Source: Bacteroidia bacterium (lineage in GTDB: Bacteria; Bacteroidota; Bacteroidia; CAILMK01; JACPUW01). From it: DNA of 64,000 bases. The position numbers were made by a program, and so were the translations under genes. Shown here in pieces: positions 51,001-58,016 of this stretch. The notes below the pieces were generated by a model, which saw nothing but the letters and a program-made list of their open reading frames with translations, searched no databases and had not been told where the DNA came from. The stretch lies in NCBI GenBank assembly GCA_049115495.1, contig JAGDZV010000001.1:370947-434946 (forward strand), in the 5' to 3' direction. How positions within the stretch are numbered: position 1 is the first letter of the stretch; each line of letters begins with the position of its first letter.

Positions 51001-51962
51001 GAGACACTGTTTACTTCAATAACAATACTTCTAAAGATTTTGGACAAGAATATCAATGGCATTTAGGAGTTTTAGATGCTACTGACACCCTTATTAACTC
51101 AAAGTATTATTACACAAGTACTGGAAAGTACAATGTAGCTCTAAAAGTAATTGGTGCCAATAACTGCTCAGATAGCATTACTAAATCAATTGAAATTGCC
51201 GAAGGACCTAAAAACCTCGACTTCACTTTTAACGATGCTTGCGCAAGAACTAAAGTTAAATTCAATAATCAAACAACTAATAGCAACCTAAACTTCAGGT
51301 GGGTGTTTTTTGATGGATCTTTCTCGACTGAAAGAGAACCAGAAAAGTACTATGCAAGAGCAGGAAAGTATCCTGTTGGTTTTGAAGCCAGTGAAGGAGA
51401 CTGCGCTGATTCAACCTATAAACTCATTACAATTTTCCCATACGCAGATAGCTCTTTTACCTTTAAAGGCTTAGGAAGTAGGGCAGTAATATTCACCCCA
51501 CAAGACAGCAATATCCACTCCTACAATTGGGAGTTTGGTGATGGAAATACCAGCACGAGTTTTGAACCTACACACACTTACAGTAATAATGGAACATATA
51601 CAGTAACATTAACGGTGATAACTCAAAATGGATGTCAAAGCATTTCAACAAGGCAAGTAGAAATACAGGGTAGCTCAATTCATTGGATCGATGAAAAGAA
51701 TATTGATTTTGATGTTTTCCCTAATCCATTTACAGATTTTGTAAGTGTTTCTTTTGAGATTGAAAATGAAGGAAGAGTAACGATTGAAGTGTTTAATGAA
51801 ATTGGTCAAGTAGTATCAACTCCTCTAAACTCAACATTGAGAATTGGAAAATATCAGCTTCCGCTTTTCGAAAATACCGCTAATCTGAGAGGTGGCGTTT
51901 ACTATGTGAAAATGGTTTCGAATGACAATGCAACAATTAAAAGAATTGTTTTACAGAAGTAA
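39069..51962 (+). CDS. Giant (4297 aa) T9SS-secreted surface protein. It has a signal peptide, three right-handed parallel beta-helix (pectate-lyase-fold) modules separated by Ig-like/CARDB-like linkers, about 28 tandem PKD domains, and a C-terminal Por/T9SS sorting domain.
   Basis: Signal peptide MLKHTPKHLILLFISLFSAPLLKAQ. A module head motif recurs three times (SGTYSIDKTS..NYTSFTAAVNAL.. / SGTFTIDASGNGDYTTFTQAINSL.. / KGSYTIDASGGGDYTSFKAALNAL..). Each is followed by I/V-x-N-N parallel-beta-helix rungs. From aa ~1680 to ~4200 there are ~88-aa repeats with the PKD signature ...Y-x-W-x-FGDG..S...NP.H.Y...G.Y.V.L.V....GC.DS..K.I.V. The C-terminus DVFPNPFTDFVSVSFEIENEGRVTIEVFNEIGQVV...GVYYVKM is a type-A T9SS CTD. 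Confidence 0.85.
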   Translation: MLKHTPKHLILLFISLFSAPLLKAQMSGTYSIDKTSSATRNYTSFTAAVNALNSVGVSGAVKFEVANGNYNEQITLLYVSGSSTTNTITFVGKDSSKVSLNYNCSQYEAVIKVNAAANFVFEGMTIKSTNASYGYGVHITSSAENISIRNCRVEVSATSNVPVECVPVNVAGGTVTTNGDNGEKIEVTNSVLRGGYYGLNIRGTNNSLLSEGFTIENNHFYQQRFYPVFAVFAKDLNLNENVIDSTNLFYSYSVYTDQCAGGSIIGNRIYAGRFGLYLRLHNYYNRADSLVISNNEISDFDDPSYQSGIYAVASYNISAYHNTIRTDGTVSNFNYSCIYLSNPYNHRILNNNLVAEGNSSVLFLGNGSLGSTYIDYNNYSTTANGGFVSWQGTSYSNLADLKAATSSQNQNSISENPQFSSKRNLSPNTPGLNNRARNGLSSFDILRNVRPKFPDVVSDIGAYEYYVDSNDIDIIAITSPLIGQLGNNDLAIVLKNNGSKPYRDSVFVQYKINNGSWTKDTSVYTSLAIGAADTFYFTTNWNITSSGTFTVCADISPVVPGDPDSLVGEEYCETKCVGRSGTFTIDASGNGDYTTFTQAINSLTCGIAGPITFKVKPGNYNERLTITPVLGASVQNLITFEGAHKDSVTLNYNGTSSLPASVLIDDADFLTFKNLTINNQGNQVSCGFWLREDVKNVRIENCQIFLDSVASIYSSAGILIANSLPTWSWTIPGNTSNNLVIKNNLIVGGSSGIRINGSGATATAQKLEIENNIIRKYYYQGLNAAYVSESKFKKNHITGPRLISAIGFGMFNCQNDSVDANYIQGGRFGLYLSRENFDNRNTFTAITNNMITNLIDANYQIGLMASLGYNLSIYHNSIWTSHSFSSPYYSGMNLYYCQNSFAKNNAIKATNGGMVFSKYYGNISRSNIDNNNYYGEGAAKYYHDGLTFTDLGTYKSIRTNFNSNSLEGEPNYTSITDLHASGAQLNNKGVNGLGVDKDYDDEDRPFSPDKKRDIGADEYYVSPFDLDLVSLDSPLVPVIGQNEVKIILRNAGIKDLVDDTMVVSYLVDGNLEIRDTVIISSLKQNESFTYTFSKTWNISIGKTYKLCAQLDTFFKPDPDSLINQQKCASMCPGAKGSYTIDASGGGDYTSFKAALNALNCGINGPVTFNVKNGTYNERLVINEIIGASNQNTVSFIGESRKGVILNYTGVRDSQEVIHLEGADYISFDRMTIKNNSQWYSRGVRISTKADYNTFSNVSFDLPSNATSWSTSNVYISDENLSTLGDAGNFNVFTNCSFEYGYFGVRLYGIGNTSLNYGNEFNNCSFRNHRAFGIYALYQGQLKVNDCSFDSLQLDFYQIYENRCSESIITNNLIKDGRYGIYQIYENYYFQEETSEISNNLISGQDFSTDIYGVDLYLCYNIKFFHNSLMVNKGTSGAAVRFRFGNGHDIRNNSFSKSTNAELFSNTNSSFSEIDFNNYYSGSSSNFVNYNGTAYDDLQKWSNAVSGFNRNSKEGDPGYNSSSDLTIDPKSKQLANWGSISTGIGSDFEGDIRNPQSPDVGADEFSDLYDIGVSSILSPLSNCELSNSETITIEIENKGNIALPSGELIPVAYSIDGSSAQVDTFILSSNLSKNGKVQFTFSQKADFSAFKSFNLKAYTDIANDSLRTNDTLAVVRSSFENPTADFSIDNIACSNEDVNFSNSSSTSVATISAYNWNFGNGLASTAQNSKTSYSNDGNFSIKLIVTTTNGCKDSITKSITVYPKPSASFTSSNLCFGDSAIFTNTSNIATSIGATFNWDFDDNTTSTKRSPKHMFATADDFDIEFIAISANGCKDTATSTIQISPNPVASFSFANSCKGDSNIFNNTSTIPNGFTPTYSWKFGDGNSSSNKNPKYVYGSIGNYTIELTASLANGCSNSVANSLNVFSKPQPAFTVSNGCQGDSILFTDNSVIQLDTIKNYEWFFDDGNISSLENPKNLYTNDGSYSPKLVLTSINGCKDSLTKNLTINEKPNASFSVNAVCENDTSKFYNSSSVSNGSIIQYNWTFGNGLSSSLASPKHVYSSYGSYNSTLIITSNNGCKDTANAIAQVNASPIANFDAPNVCFGSNLFIRNQSTIASGNITSYSWNLGDGTSSSTVNPVHRYTSKDTFTIKHVIQSNLGCKDSIEKDVIVTSKVIASFSTDSLCHGDSTAFKNTTNISCGTVLGYSWDFGDGNTSNDWSPKHKYANAGSYVVKLIVIQFGNVKDSTSQTVVINSIPKANFSFNNVCATDSASFINTSSIATGTINSYEWKFGDGNRSTALSPKHAYNSENTYSVTLTAVGSGGCIDSASKNVTAFELPVADFSLSNACLGSSVSFNNSSSITTGTLTFNWQFGNGFSSSQKNPNYNYSNNGTYTVKLTTTSNNGCVAADSQNVTIHPKPVANFTALNQCSNKAISFTNTSTISAGTVSYQWKFGDGNRSTAINPSHKYSSAGSYSVTLIVTSNNGCIDSVTKSISALPTPIANFTSPSSCSGTNLTFTNASSISIGTLTHSWQFGDGNVSTSISPTHNYSSTGTYQVKLVTTASSGCKDSITKTINVYDIPVSSFSVTGSCLSDSIVFNNTSSIGAGTMSFAWSLGDGTTTTNSSVNHKYASAGSYQVKLVATSNGGCKDSTTTTVNIYPTPSASFNTNDNCFAEATIFTNNSSISLGTLSYFWDFDNGSASTLANPSFTFNKSGSYNVKLTATSNQGCSDSSEKMVNVYVNPKADFAFAKTCLDDTTVFTNNSTISSGNLNFIWDFDDGNNSNLSNSKNRYSKTGTYFVELIAVSTYGCADTSISKVHINPKANSSFIVQNTCLGEFVSFRNNSSISSGSFTTNWNFDDGTSSNALNPKHLYNAAGTYLPSLTLTTDSGCISVSNTGLIINEKPTASFSFNNVCANDTAQFIDNASINSGTITNHNWSFGDGFTTTLPSPLHKYDTKGNYGVELIVASDSGCTDTANATISIYAVPLTYFSANNVCFGDTLFPSNTSSISGGIINSYRWNFGDGNTSNSQSPSHYYVNKGNFDIKLIATSNNNCSDSLTKQVIVDNVIIPGFSFSNSCIGNKIDFTNTTNASCGNISSYQWAFGDGGISSQTNPSYVYNKPGTYNVRLIVTEKAGRKDTITQQVTVYPNPNVLFSVNDTCANSAPIFNNQSSIISGNISDYTWSFGDGTKSSNAIPQKSYNNQGTYKIQLLAESNFGCKDSMQKNIEIFELPTVRFNANVECLYDSVYFTNRSSISSNSLSYSWNFDDLGISTSANPIHKYSNAGKFDVKLIATSVKGCSSSLVKSVYVNHVPNASIIGDSTCVGFASAFKNYSNITRGTLVNNTWRFGDGFGSANSNPSHTYSTSGNFNVSLIIESDSGCFDTSATIAVVHPNPQADFVANNVCLGDALNPTNNSSITSGSISKWQWSFGDGNSSTLKSPSHTYSNNGSYSVQLGASSNYGCKDSIAQQVVVSNVITAGFTTNDICLGDTAFFTNTTSTSCGTIIGYQWNFGDGNASTATNPFRIYGSTGTYTVQLIVTQQGGNKDTVTSTITVSPKPRVNFFANNACAGKQLQFQNLSTISSGNIGSYIWNFGNGNKSIDRNPKHTYSSHGAYDVVLIATSNQGCTDSVSKPLSIYELPVVSFIAENVCFGESTTFNNKSSISTGSIDNSWDFGDGFSSSQINPSYQYSNAGSYTVELTVTTNNFCTSKLSQAIKVFELPNVDFEINDTCEADEISLTNNSTIANGALSFAWDFGNGNTSNAKTPSLVYTNDGSYLVELKAISNAGCADSLSKSISIFEKPMASFNYNGTCPDQSMSFSNTSSPASLISSNQWLFNGSDATTSTNSSYIFGSNGPHTVVLTITSINNCIDTAVKQVRFESVPVASFSFNSGCERDSFEFINKTTIQSGNLTYNWTFGDGNSSTQTNPKNVYATTGNFDIKLVATSDLGCADSLIQSVSPLNKPEVDFAWSGACLGDTVYFNNNTSKDFGQEYQWHLGVLDATDTLINSKYYYTSTGKYNVALKVIGANNCSDSITKSIEIAEGPKNLDFTFNDACARTKVKFNNQTTNSNLNFRWVFFDGSFSTEREPEKYYARAGKYPVGFEASEGDCADSTYKLITIFPYADSSFTFKGLGSRAVIFTPQDSNIHSYNWEFGDGNTSTSFEPTHTYSNNGTYTVTLTVITQNGCQSISTRQVEIQGSSIHWIDEKNIDFDVFPNPFTDFVSVSFEIENEGRVTIEVFNEIGQVVSTPLNSTLRIGKYQLPLFENTANLRGGVYYVKMVSNDNATIKRIVLQK

Positions 51963-51971
51963 TCTCGGTAA

Positions 51972-52056
51972 AAACAAAAGGTAACTCAATGTTGGGTTGC
52001 CTTTTGTTTAAACTCTCTTTGCTTTAAAAGGCAAGTAGTTGTCTTTTAAAGCAAAG
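51972..52056 (+). terminator. Two tandem perfect hairpins immediately after the giant gene. One is AAACAAAAGG-N18-CCTTTTGTTT (10-bp stem). The other is CTTTGCTTTAAAAG-N12-CTTTTAAAGCAAAG (14-bp stem).
   Basis: Read directly from the sequence. They begin 10 nt after the stop codon of the 12.9 kb gene. Confidence 0.5.
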
Positions 52057-52412
52057 GCCTTTTCCCCAATTATAATGAGGTTTAAAATTAGTTCATTTTT
52101 AAATTGTCCGAAAATCACGTAAGTCTACACTTTGATTTGAAAATAAAGAAGGCTTAGTTTGAAATCCTAGCTTTTGAACAAGAGTGCTTAAACACGGAAT
52201 ATGCTTAATTGTAATGAAGGTTTACTTCGCTAGTGGTCAGAACCAGCACCAGCTATTCTGGGAAAGTACTAATTTGATGTCATAGTGCTGCTTTGCTAAT
52301 TCTGAAAACGAAACGAAGTCTCAGATTTGAAGGGAATTAAAGTCGAGATGGATTCATTTTCAAATTATTCAGTTAACACGATTAATGCATAATTTAATAA
52401 ACTATTGACAAT

Positions 52413-52448
52413 AAAAAAGCGGTCCCTAACCACAAGGACCGCTCCCAC
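52413..52448 (-). terminator. Intrinsic-terminator-like hairpin GCGGTCC-N10-GGACCGC followed by a T-run on the minus strand.
   Basis: It sits just 3' of the minus-strand gene that ends at 52471. Confidence 0.4.
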
Positions 52449-52470
52449 ATATAAAAAAGTGCATTACTAA

Positions 52471-54561
52471 TTATCGTGCAATAATAAACCTGTTTGTTTT
52501 TATAACATCACCCTTTTGCAGGTTCAACATATATACTCCTTCTTTTAGCTCCGAAGTTCCAATTGATTCAAACCCACTATTAACTTCTCCTTGAAGCACA
52601 ACTGCTCCAGAAAGATCCACTATAGTATAATTTATGGTTTCAATGTCTTGATCATAAAGTTCAATAGATAAAGACTCATTGGCTGGATTTGGATACAATC
52701 TAGAATCAAGCCTCAAGTTTGCCGTAAAATCAACCCTTCTTACGTCTGTGAAAGAGAATTTTCCATCATAATCAATTTGCTTAATTCTATAAAAATTCAC
52801 GCCATATACGGGGTTTGCATCTGTAAAGTTATATCTAGATATGTCATGATATGTTCCCATACCACTCTGCACTCCTAGTACTTCCCAATTTGTACCATCT
52901 AAACTACGCTGTACTTCAAAATGACTATTGTTTACTTCAGTTGCCGTAGCCCAATCAACTAACACCTTATCATTAAGTTTATTAGCTTCAAATTCAAACC
53001 AAGTAACCGGTACAGGCGGCGTTTGTATAGCAAATGAGAATGTTTCACAAGTAGCAAAATCATGTTTGAACTTACCAACTTTTGTGGTTTCATCCCATTC
53101 AAAGGGATTGATTATACCTCCGCCACTAACAGTTTCATCTTGAAAAGACCCATCTAAATCGGTGTCAATAAGAATCCAAAGCTTAGATTTATCATCAACT
53201 TCTCCAGGCACGCTTGCGTTGCTCAAATCAAATTCGTAAGTAATTTCTCCAATATTTCCAGTGGGAGTTAATGATCTGTATGTTTCGTTAACTTTCCATT
53301 TTCTTTTTATTCTTACTGGCAAGTCTGGCGCTACTAATGTACCCAACTCCGTAGGAACATCTACAGTTTCCTGTTCTAAGGCACTAAATGAAGCAGTAAG
53401 ACCATTATCTCCCCAAAGAAAATAAGTTCTATTTCGTTCAAAATCGGCCGGTGAATCAAAACTTCCACCATTGTGAGTTAGTGCCCCGGTGAGTATGGCT
53501 TCTGTACTCTCAACATTGGTGGATTTCAAATGGCTTACACTAAAACATCTACCGTTCTTAAATATTCCGGTTATTCTATTTGAGTAAAGGCTATTTGCAC
53601 CTTCGCTGTTACATTGTACCGAAGATTCAAATAAGTCAGTTGCGCCATCCCATGACAAATATTCTGGACTCGTTCCTTCAAGTGATATTCCATACTTTAA
53701 AGCTAGGTGAGTATGAATTTGTTCTAAATCTTGAGGCACTATGCCGTAATCATAATTAAAAATCATAATCTCTGCTATGCTTATATCATAAGAAGTAGTA
53801 TTTGCATCATCCCCTATTGTCAAAAATTCAGTGATACTTGATGCCAAGTTAACGACTGCTCCTGTGGTATTTGTCTGTACTATCACTCCATTTTTATAAG
53901 TATTTATCTCGGCTGTAGCAGGGGTGTTCGTATAATCCTCTGAAACTCTAATAGTTCTAATTTCAAAATCTGACCCAACTGAATTTGATGAAAAGTCCAA
54001 GTATCTACTAGTTGTAGGCGAACCAGAAGGATCTTGCCCCCACCAAAACTCTTCATGATCAACTTGTGTTCTTCCTGTTCCAGATCCGTGCTGAAGTATG
54101 GTACTCCCTCCGTTTCGTTTTAAAACCATAATGATCAGTGTCTCATCCGATGAGTTAAGTTGTTTTCTCATGAAACTTTCTGAAAATGCGGCGTCTGATA
54201 CTAGCCTATCATTATTGGCGAATCTAACAGCGCCATAACCATTGATTTGATCTGTCAAAAAAGACGGTAAAATATTGTTTGCTCCATTATTCTCTAAGTT
54301 TTGAGCTTCCGCAGAAGTCCCATCTCCGGCTTCGTCGTCCCACCCTATAACATTCACCGCACCACTAGTTGTAATCGTTGATGGAACTCCATTACTAATT
54401 GATGTTGACGTTTTAAACCATAGTTTCAAGTCTTCACCAGCACCAGCTTCAAAACAATCAGCGTCAGAGACGAAGCGGTAGTCAGAAGTATCAAGTTTTT
54501 GTCCAATCAGCCATGAAGGAAAAATCATGGCCAAAGTCAAATAAAGTAAAATTCTTTTCAT
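52471..54561 (-). CDS. Secreted T9SS cargo protein (signal peptide plus C-terminal Por sorting domain). The body has unknown function.
   Basis: Signal peptide MKRILLYLTLAMIFPSWLIGQ. C-terminal ~80 aa LYPNPANESLSIELYDQ...GVYMLNLQKGDVIKTNRFIIAR is a T9SS CTD. An Ig/FN3-like region precedes it. Confidence 0.6.
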   Translation of the reverse strand: MKRILLYLTLAMIFPSWLIGQKLDTSDYRFVSDADCFEAGAGEDLKLWFKTSTSISNGVPSTITTSGAVNVIGWDDEAGDGTSAEAQNLENNGANNILPSFLTDQINGYGAVRFANNDRLVSDAAFSESFMRKQLNSSDETLIIMVLKRNGGSTILQHGSGTGRTQVDHEEFWWGQDPSGSPTTSRYLDFSSNSVGSDFEIRTIRVSEDYTNTPATAEINTYKNGVIVQTNTTGAVVNLASSITEFLTIGDDANTTSYDISIAEIMIFNYDYGIVPQDLEQIHTHLALKYGISLEGTSPEYLSWDGATDLFESSVQCNSEGANSLYSNRITGIFKNGRCFSVSHLKSTNVESTEAILTGALTHNGGSFDSPADFERNRTYFLWGDNGLTASFSALEQETVDVPTELGTLVAPDLPVRIKRKWKVNETYRSLTPTGNIGEITYEFDLSNASVPGEVDDKSKLWILIDTDLDGSFQDETVSGGGIINPFEWDETTKVGKFKHDFATCETFSFAIQTPPVPVTWFEFEANKLNDKVLVDWATATEVNNSHFEVQRSLDGTNWEVLGVQSGMGTYHDISRYNFTDANPVYGVNFYRIKQIDYDGKFSFTDVRRVDFTANLRLDSRLYPNPANESLSIELYDQDIETINYTIVDLSGAVVLQGEVNSGFESIGTSELKEGVYMLNLQKGDVIKTNRFIIAR

Positions 54562-54599
54562 TTCCGTGTGGTTAATTATGTAATGCTTTATGTGGTTAT

Positions 54600-55682
54600 T
54601 TATTTCGCTTCAAAAAATTGTGACCAGCCAACATGACTGAATTTAGTTCCTTCTCCCCATGCGTTGGCACACTCGCCTAGCGATGTTTTATGAGATATGG
54701 GTAAATTTTCAACTGGCAGCCACATAACACTTTGCTGAACTGCAACGTTTGGCGTTTGATTATTTGACAATGCATCTTTACACCCTTGGTCTAGCAAAAC
54801 GAGAAAGAATTGATCACAACCAGGAATAAAGCCAACACCCTTAGCCGAAGCATCTGCTACAACTTGATCTACAATTGCTTCATTAAAACTAAAACCTTGA
54901 TTACCATTTACAGGGTTATCATCATCAATTAAAGTCCAAACCGCAGCTTGAATTTCATTTGCACCAGCACCAAACTTTGTTTGATAATCTTGATTAATTA
55001 AGTAATTAATAATTGGAAGGTTTTCTGGTCTGTCTACAATGCAAGCCAATAATGCTTGGTCAGTATCATAAGAAGATACCAATTTTGGAAAATATCGCAC
55101 TCGTTGGCTTATAGGATTCTCTAAATCAACACAATTTCCAAGGTAAACACCACTAAAAATTGTATTTCCTGTTGTAACATCAATTACTCTCATTTGAAAG
55201 TATGCCGGGTTTCCGCTGAAGGAAACAGTCTGTAATACTTTTCCCGTAGGAATACTCGAATTAATTATGGAGATATCAGTTTTACAAGTGCTTGCTTGAG
55301 CTACATTAGCATTTGCCGAAACATAAACGTAGGGTTGCCCTGTAACATCTATATTATCATACTTATAAACCCTTGCTTCATCATGATTCGTTTGATAGGT
55401 AAACTGCTGAATATCAGGAACCCCAGACCCCAAGGTAGGGAAGCCGTTTGCATTGTTTGCTACATGTAAATATGATTTGGTCATAAACCATGTAGAGTCC
55501 GTAATTTCATAAGTTACATCTAATGAGTCGCCAACTCTTTCAACGTGTATAAATCCGATATCATTGCTTCTCGCCGCAACTAAAGGAGTTGAATACGAAA
55601 AGTCTTGTGCATTTGCCCATTGAAAACAAGATGAAAGTAGTAAAAGTGAAATTCCAATAATCTTAATCCTAATGTGTGACAT
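54600..55682 (-). CDS. Hypothetical secreted protein or lipoprotein.
   Basis: Signal peptide with MSHIRIKIIGISLLLLSSCFQWANAQ; a possible lipobox LSSC. I do not recognise a domain. It lies 38 bp upstream of the T9SS cargo gene on the same strand. Confidence 0.4.
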   Translation of the reverse strand: MSHIRIKIIGISLLLLSSCFQWANAQDFSYSTPLVAARSNDIGFIHVERVGDSLDVTYEITDSTWFMTKSYLHVANNANGFPTLGSGVPDIQQFTYQTNHDEARVYKYDNIDVTGQPYVYVSANANVAQASTCKTDISIINSSIPTGKVLQTVSFSGNPAYFQMRVIDVTTGNTIFSGVYLGNCVDLENPISQRVRYFPKLVSSYDTDQALLACIVDRPENLPIINYLINQDYQTKFGAGANEIQAAVWTLIDDDNPVNGNQGFSFNEAIVDQVVADASAKGVGFIPGCDQFFLVLLDQGCKDALSNNQTPNVAVQQSVMWLPVENLPISHKTSLGECANAWGEGTKFSHVGWSQFFEAK

Positions 55683-55870
55683 CTATTGTGTTTTTCTTAT
55701 TAAGCTTTTCGCTTGTCTTACCATTATTCAAAAACTGGGCAATTCATTGAGATATTTAAAAAAAGTTCTTCGAATTTCTTGAAAAGGGTCTTTTACTTCA
55801 ATAAAAATAGCCTAACACGCTCTGTTTGACCATAAAGGTATCTTCACCTTCTATTAAACAACTTTTGGCC

Positions 55871-56896
55871 TTATAATTCAGATAAAAATTTTAGGGTATC
55901 CTTACCATCAGCGTAATCAAAAAGTTCAGTTTTTTGGCTGATTCCAAATCCTACAACCCTTTTTTGTTCACTCAATTCCCTCCCTGAAACGATAATTTGA
56001 ATTTGATCATCCAAACCATTTATCTTTTCCAAGAGACTTGACAACGAACTGTAATTTTCAAAAAAAGTAACAGAAATTGGAGAATGAAGGTCATTGTCTT
56101 CCTTGAAAATGGAGAAACCTGTATCAAAATGGGAAACTTTATTTACCAAATAGATACTTTTCTGGTAAGTGTAATTATTGTGGAACTTGTAATGGTTACC
56201 TAACCAAGCGTATTCTTGGCAAACATCCAACAACCGTCTAATTTCAAATCCATCTTCAATAAAAACCTTTGAGACACTTCTGCATCCAAGCCCAAAATAT
56301 GAATAAATATCCTTCGCCAGTTCTTTCAACTCTTTTTCAGACTCGTTTTTCCTAATAATCGCAATTGAAGTTCTATTTTTTCTTAAGAGGTGCGGATACT
56401 TTCCAAAATATTGTTCAAAGTACCTATTGGTATTATTGGAGCCCGTGGCAATAACAGCATCAAATCGTTTTAGTTGTTCCGATACATAAATCAGTTTTTC
56501 AATGTCAGGTTTAATCTCTTTTAATGTTTGAATAAAATACTTGGTAAGCACACTATCCTTTTTAGATAGTTTTAATGATACATGATTACCCGAAATTAAA
56601 ACTGAAATAATGTCGTGAATACCAACTAATGGTAAATTTCCGGCGGTTACTACCCCTATTATTTTGGTTTCGAGAATATCTTTAATATCATATGCCTTAC
56701 TCCATTGCACCAGTTTTTCCCTATTCAAAAAATTATCAACTAAATTTTCAAGTGCTTCAATAACAAATTGCTTGATAAACCATGGATTTTCATTTTCTAC
56801 ATCTGCTAATAGATCATCTAACCTTGAGCCTTTTATATCGGCCTTAATTGCAGTACCTGTAGCTGCAAGCAATTCTATTCTCTCATCAACATTCAT
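55871..56896 (-). CDS. LuxC-like acyl-CoA reductase family protein.
   Basis: ~340 aa. The overall pattern and the Cys-containing GLGCRSVSK segment resemble the LuxC/acyl-CoA reductase family (PF05893). Annotated homologs in Flavobacteriia sit next to a ferredoxin gene, as here. Moderate confidence. Confidence 0.45.
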   Translation of the reverse strand: MNVDERIELLAATGTAIKADIKGSRLDDLLADVENENPWFIKQFVIEALENLVDNFLNREKLVQWSKAYDIKDILETKIIGVVTAGNLPLVGIHDIISVLISGNHVSLKLSKKDSVLTKYFIQTLKEIKPDIEKLIYVSEQLKRFDAVIATGSNNTNRYFEQYFGKYPHLLRKNRTSIAIIRKNESEKELKELAKDIYSYFGLGCRSVSKVFIEDGFEIRRLLDVCQEYAWLGNHYKFHNNYTYQKSIYLVNKVSHFDTGFSIFKEDNDLHSPISVTFFENYSSLSSLLEKINGLDDQIQIIVSGRELSEQKRVVGFGISQKTELFDYADGKDTLKFLSEL

Positions 56897-56977
56897 TGTA
56901 CAAAGCTATCGGCCTTTTTAACTAGAGCCGAAACAAAAATTAGATAAGTTTGCAGCTCAATAAAAATAGTAGCATAA

Positions 56978-57325
56978 ATGGCAATTATGATTACTGACGA
57001 ATGTATCAATTGTGGTGCATGCGATCCAGAATGTCCAAATAACGCAATATATGAGCCCGGTGCAGAATGGGCCTTTGCAGACGGTACCGAAATAAAAGGC
57101 GAAATTAAAATTAGCGGAACTGTATTAGATGCAAATGATCAAAATGAACCAGTATCAGATGAAGTATATTATATAGTACCTGACAAATGCACCGAGTGCG
57201 TTGGTTTTCACGAAGAACCTCAATGCGCGGCTGTTTGCCCTGTAGATTGTTGTGTAGACGATCCTGAGAGGAGAGAAAGTGATGAAGTACTTTTAGAAAG
57301 AAAGTCTTTCTTGCATCTTGACTAA
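56978..57325 (+). CDS. 4Fe-4S dicluster ferredoxin.
   Basis: [12 protein letters not shown] and [22 protein letters not shown] are two canonical Cys clusters. Confidence 0.8.
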   Translation: MAIMITDECINCGACDPECPNNAIYEPGAEWAFADGTEIKGEIKISGTVLDANDQNEPVSDEVYYIVPDKCTECVGFHEEPQCAAVCPVDCCVDDPERRESDEVLLERKSFLHLD

Positions 57326-58016
57326 ATTTCGGTTTCCACTTTCATCGTTCCCGGTAAGAGAAAAACCAAGCCATAAGGCTCAATTGGTTACAGAAATACT
57401 TTACGGACAAAGGTTTCAAATTATTCAGGATCAAGATACTTGGAAAAAAATAAAAATTATTGCTGATGGATATGAAGGTTGGATTGAATTCAGCCACACC
57501 TTTTTACCTTTCGACAGTAACATCAAAATTTCAAATATTACAGGTTCTTTACCAGGAAATAAAGGAAGCATAAGTTTTTATCCTGGTTCCGAGCTCATTC
57601 CGAGTGAAATTGACATTTCAAATTCGATTTTAGCTTATATAGAACTTGAAATACTTGCAAAAACATATTTGAATACTCCTTACTTGTGGGGTGGTAAAAC
57701 AGCCAACGGAATTGACTGCTCTGGTTTTGTACAGGTTTTATTTGCTACACGGGGATTCTTTTTACCAAGAGATGCTTCTCAGCAAGTTGAAATAGGCTTT
57801 GAAGTAAGTTACTCTAACAAAAAAAATGGTGACCTAGCCTTCTTCAAAAACGATAAAGGCAAAATAACCCACGTAGGTATCATACTTGGTGATGATCAAA
57901 TTATTCATGCAAGTGAAATGGTTAGATTAGATAAACTTACCAATCAAGGTATTTGGAACAGTGATTTAAAAAAGCAGACGCATAATTTGGCCATAATAAA
58001 GAGGCTTACGATCTAA
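57318..58016 (+). CDS. NlpC/P60 (C40) family peptidoglycan endopeptidase with an N-terminal SH3b-like domain.
   Basis: [22 protein letters not shown] has the catalytic Cys, and [15 protein letters not shown] has the His. It overlaps the ferredoxin stop by 8 bp. Confidence 0.8.
   Translation: MTKFRFPLSSFPVREKPSHKAQLVTEILYGQRFQIIQDQDTWKKIKIIADGYEGWIEFSHTFLPFDSNIKISNITGSLPGNKGSISFYPGSELIPSEIDISNSILAYIELEILAKTYLNTPYLWGGKTANGIDCSGFVQVLFATRGFFLPRDASQQVEIGFEVSYSNKKNGDLAFFKNDKGKITHVGIILGDDQIIHASEMVRLDKLTNQGIWNSDLKKQTHNLAIIKRLTI

Noticed and set aside
44100-51670. Highly periodic ~264-bp DNA repeats that could be mistaken for a repeat array or CRISPR-like structure.
   Set aside because: They are in-frame PKD-domain coding repeats inside a single 12.9-kb ORF. 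Their periodicity is ~264 bp, not 60-75 bp, the units are divergent rather than near-identical, and there is no spacer or leader structure or cas genes.
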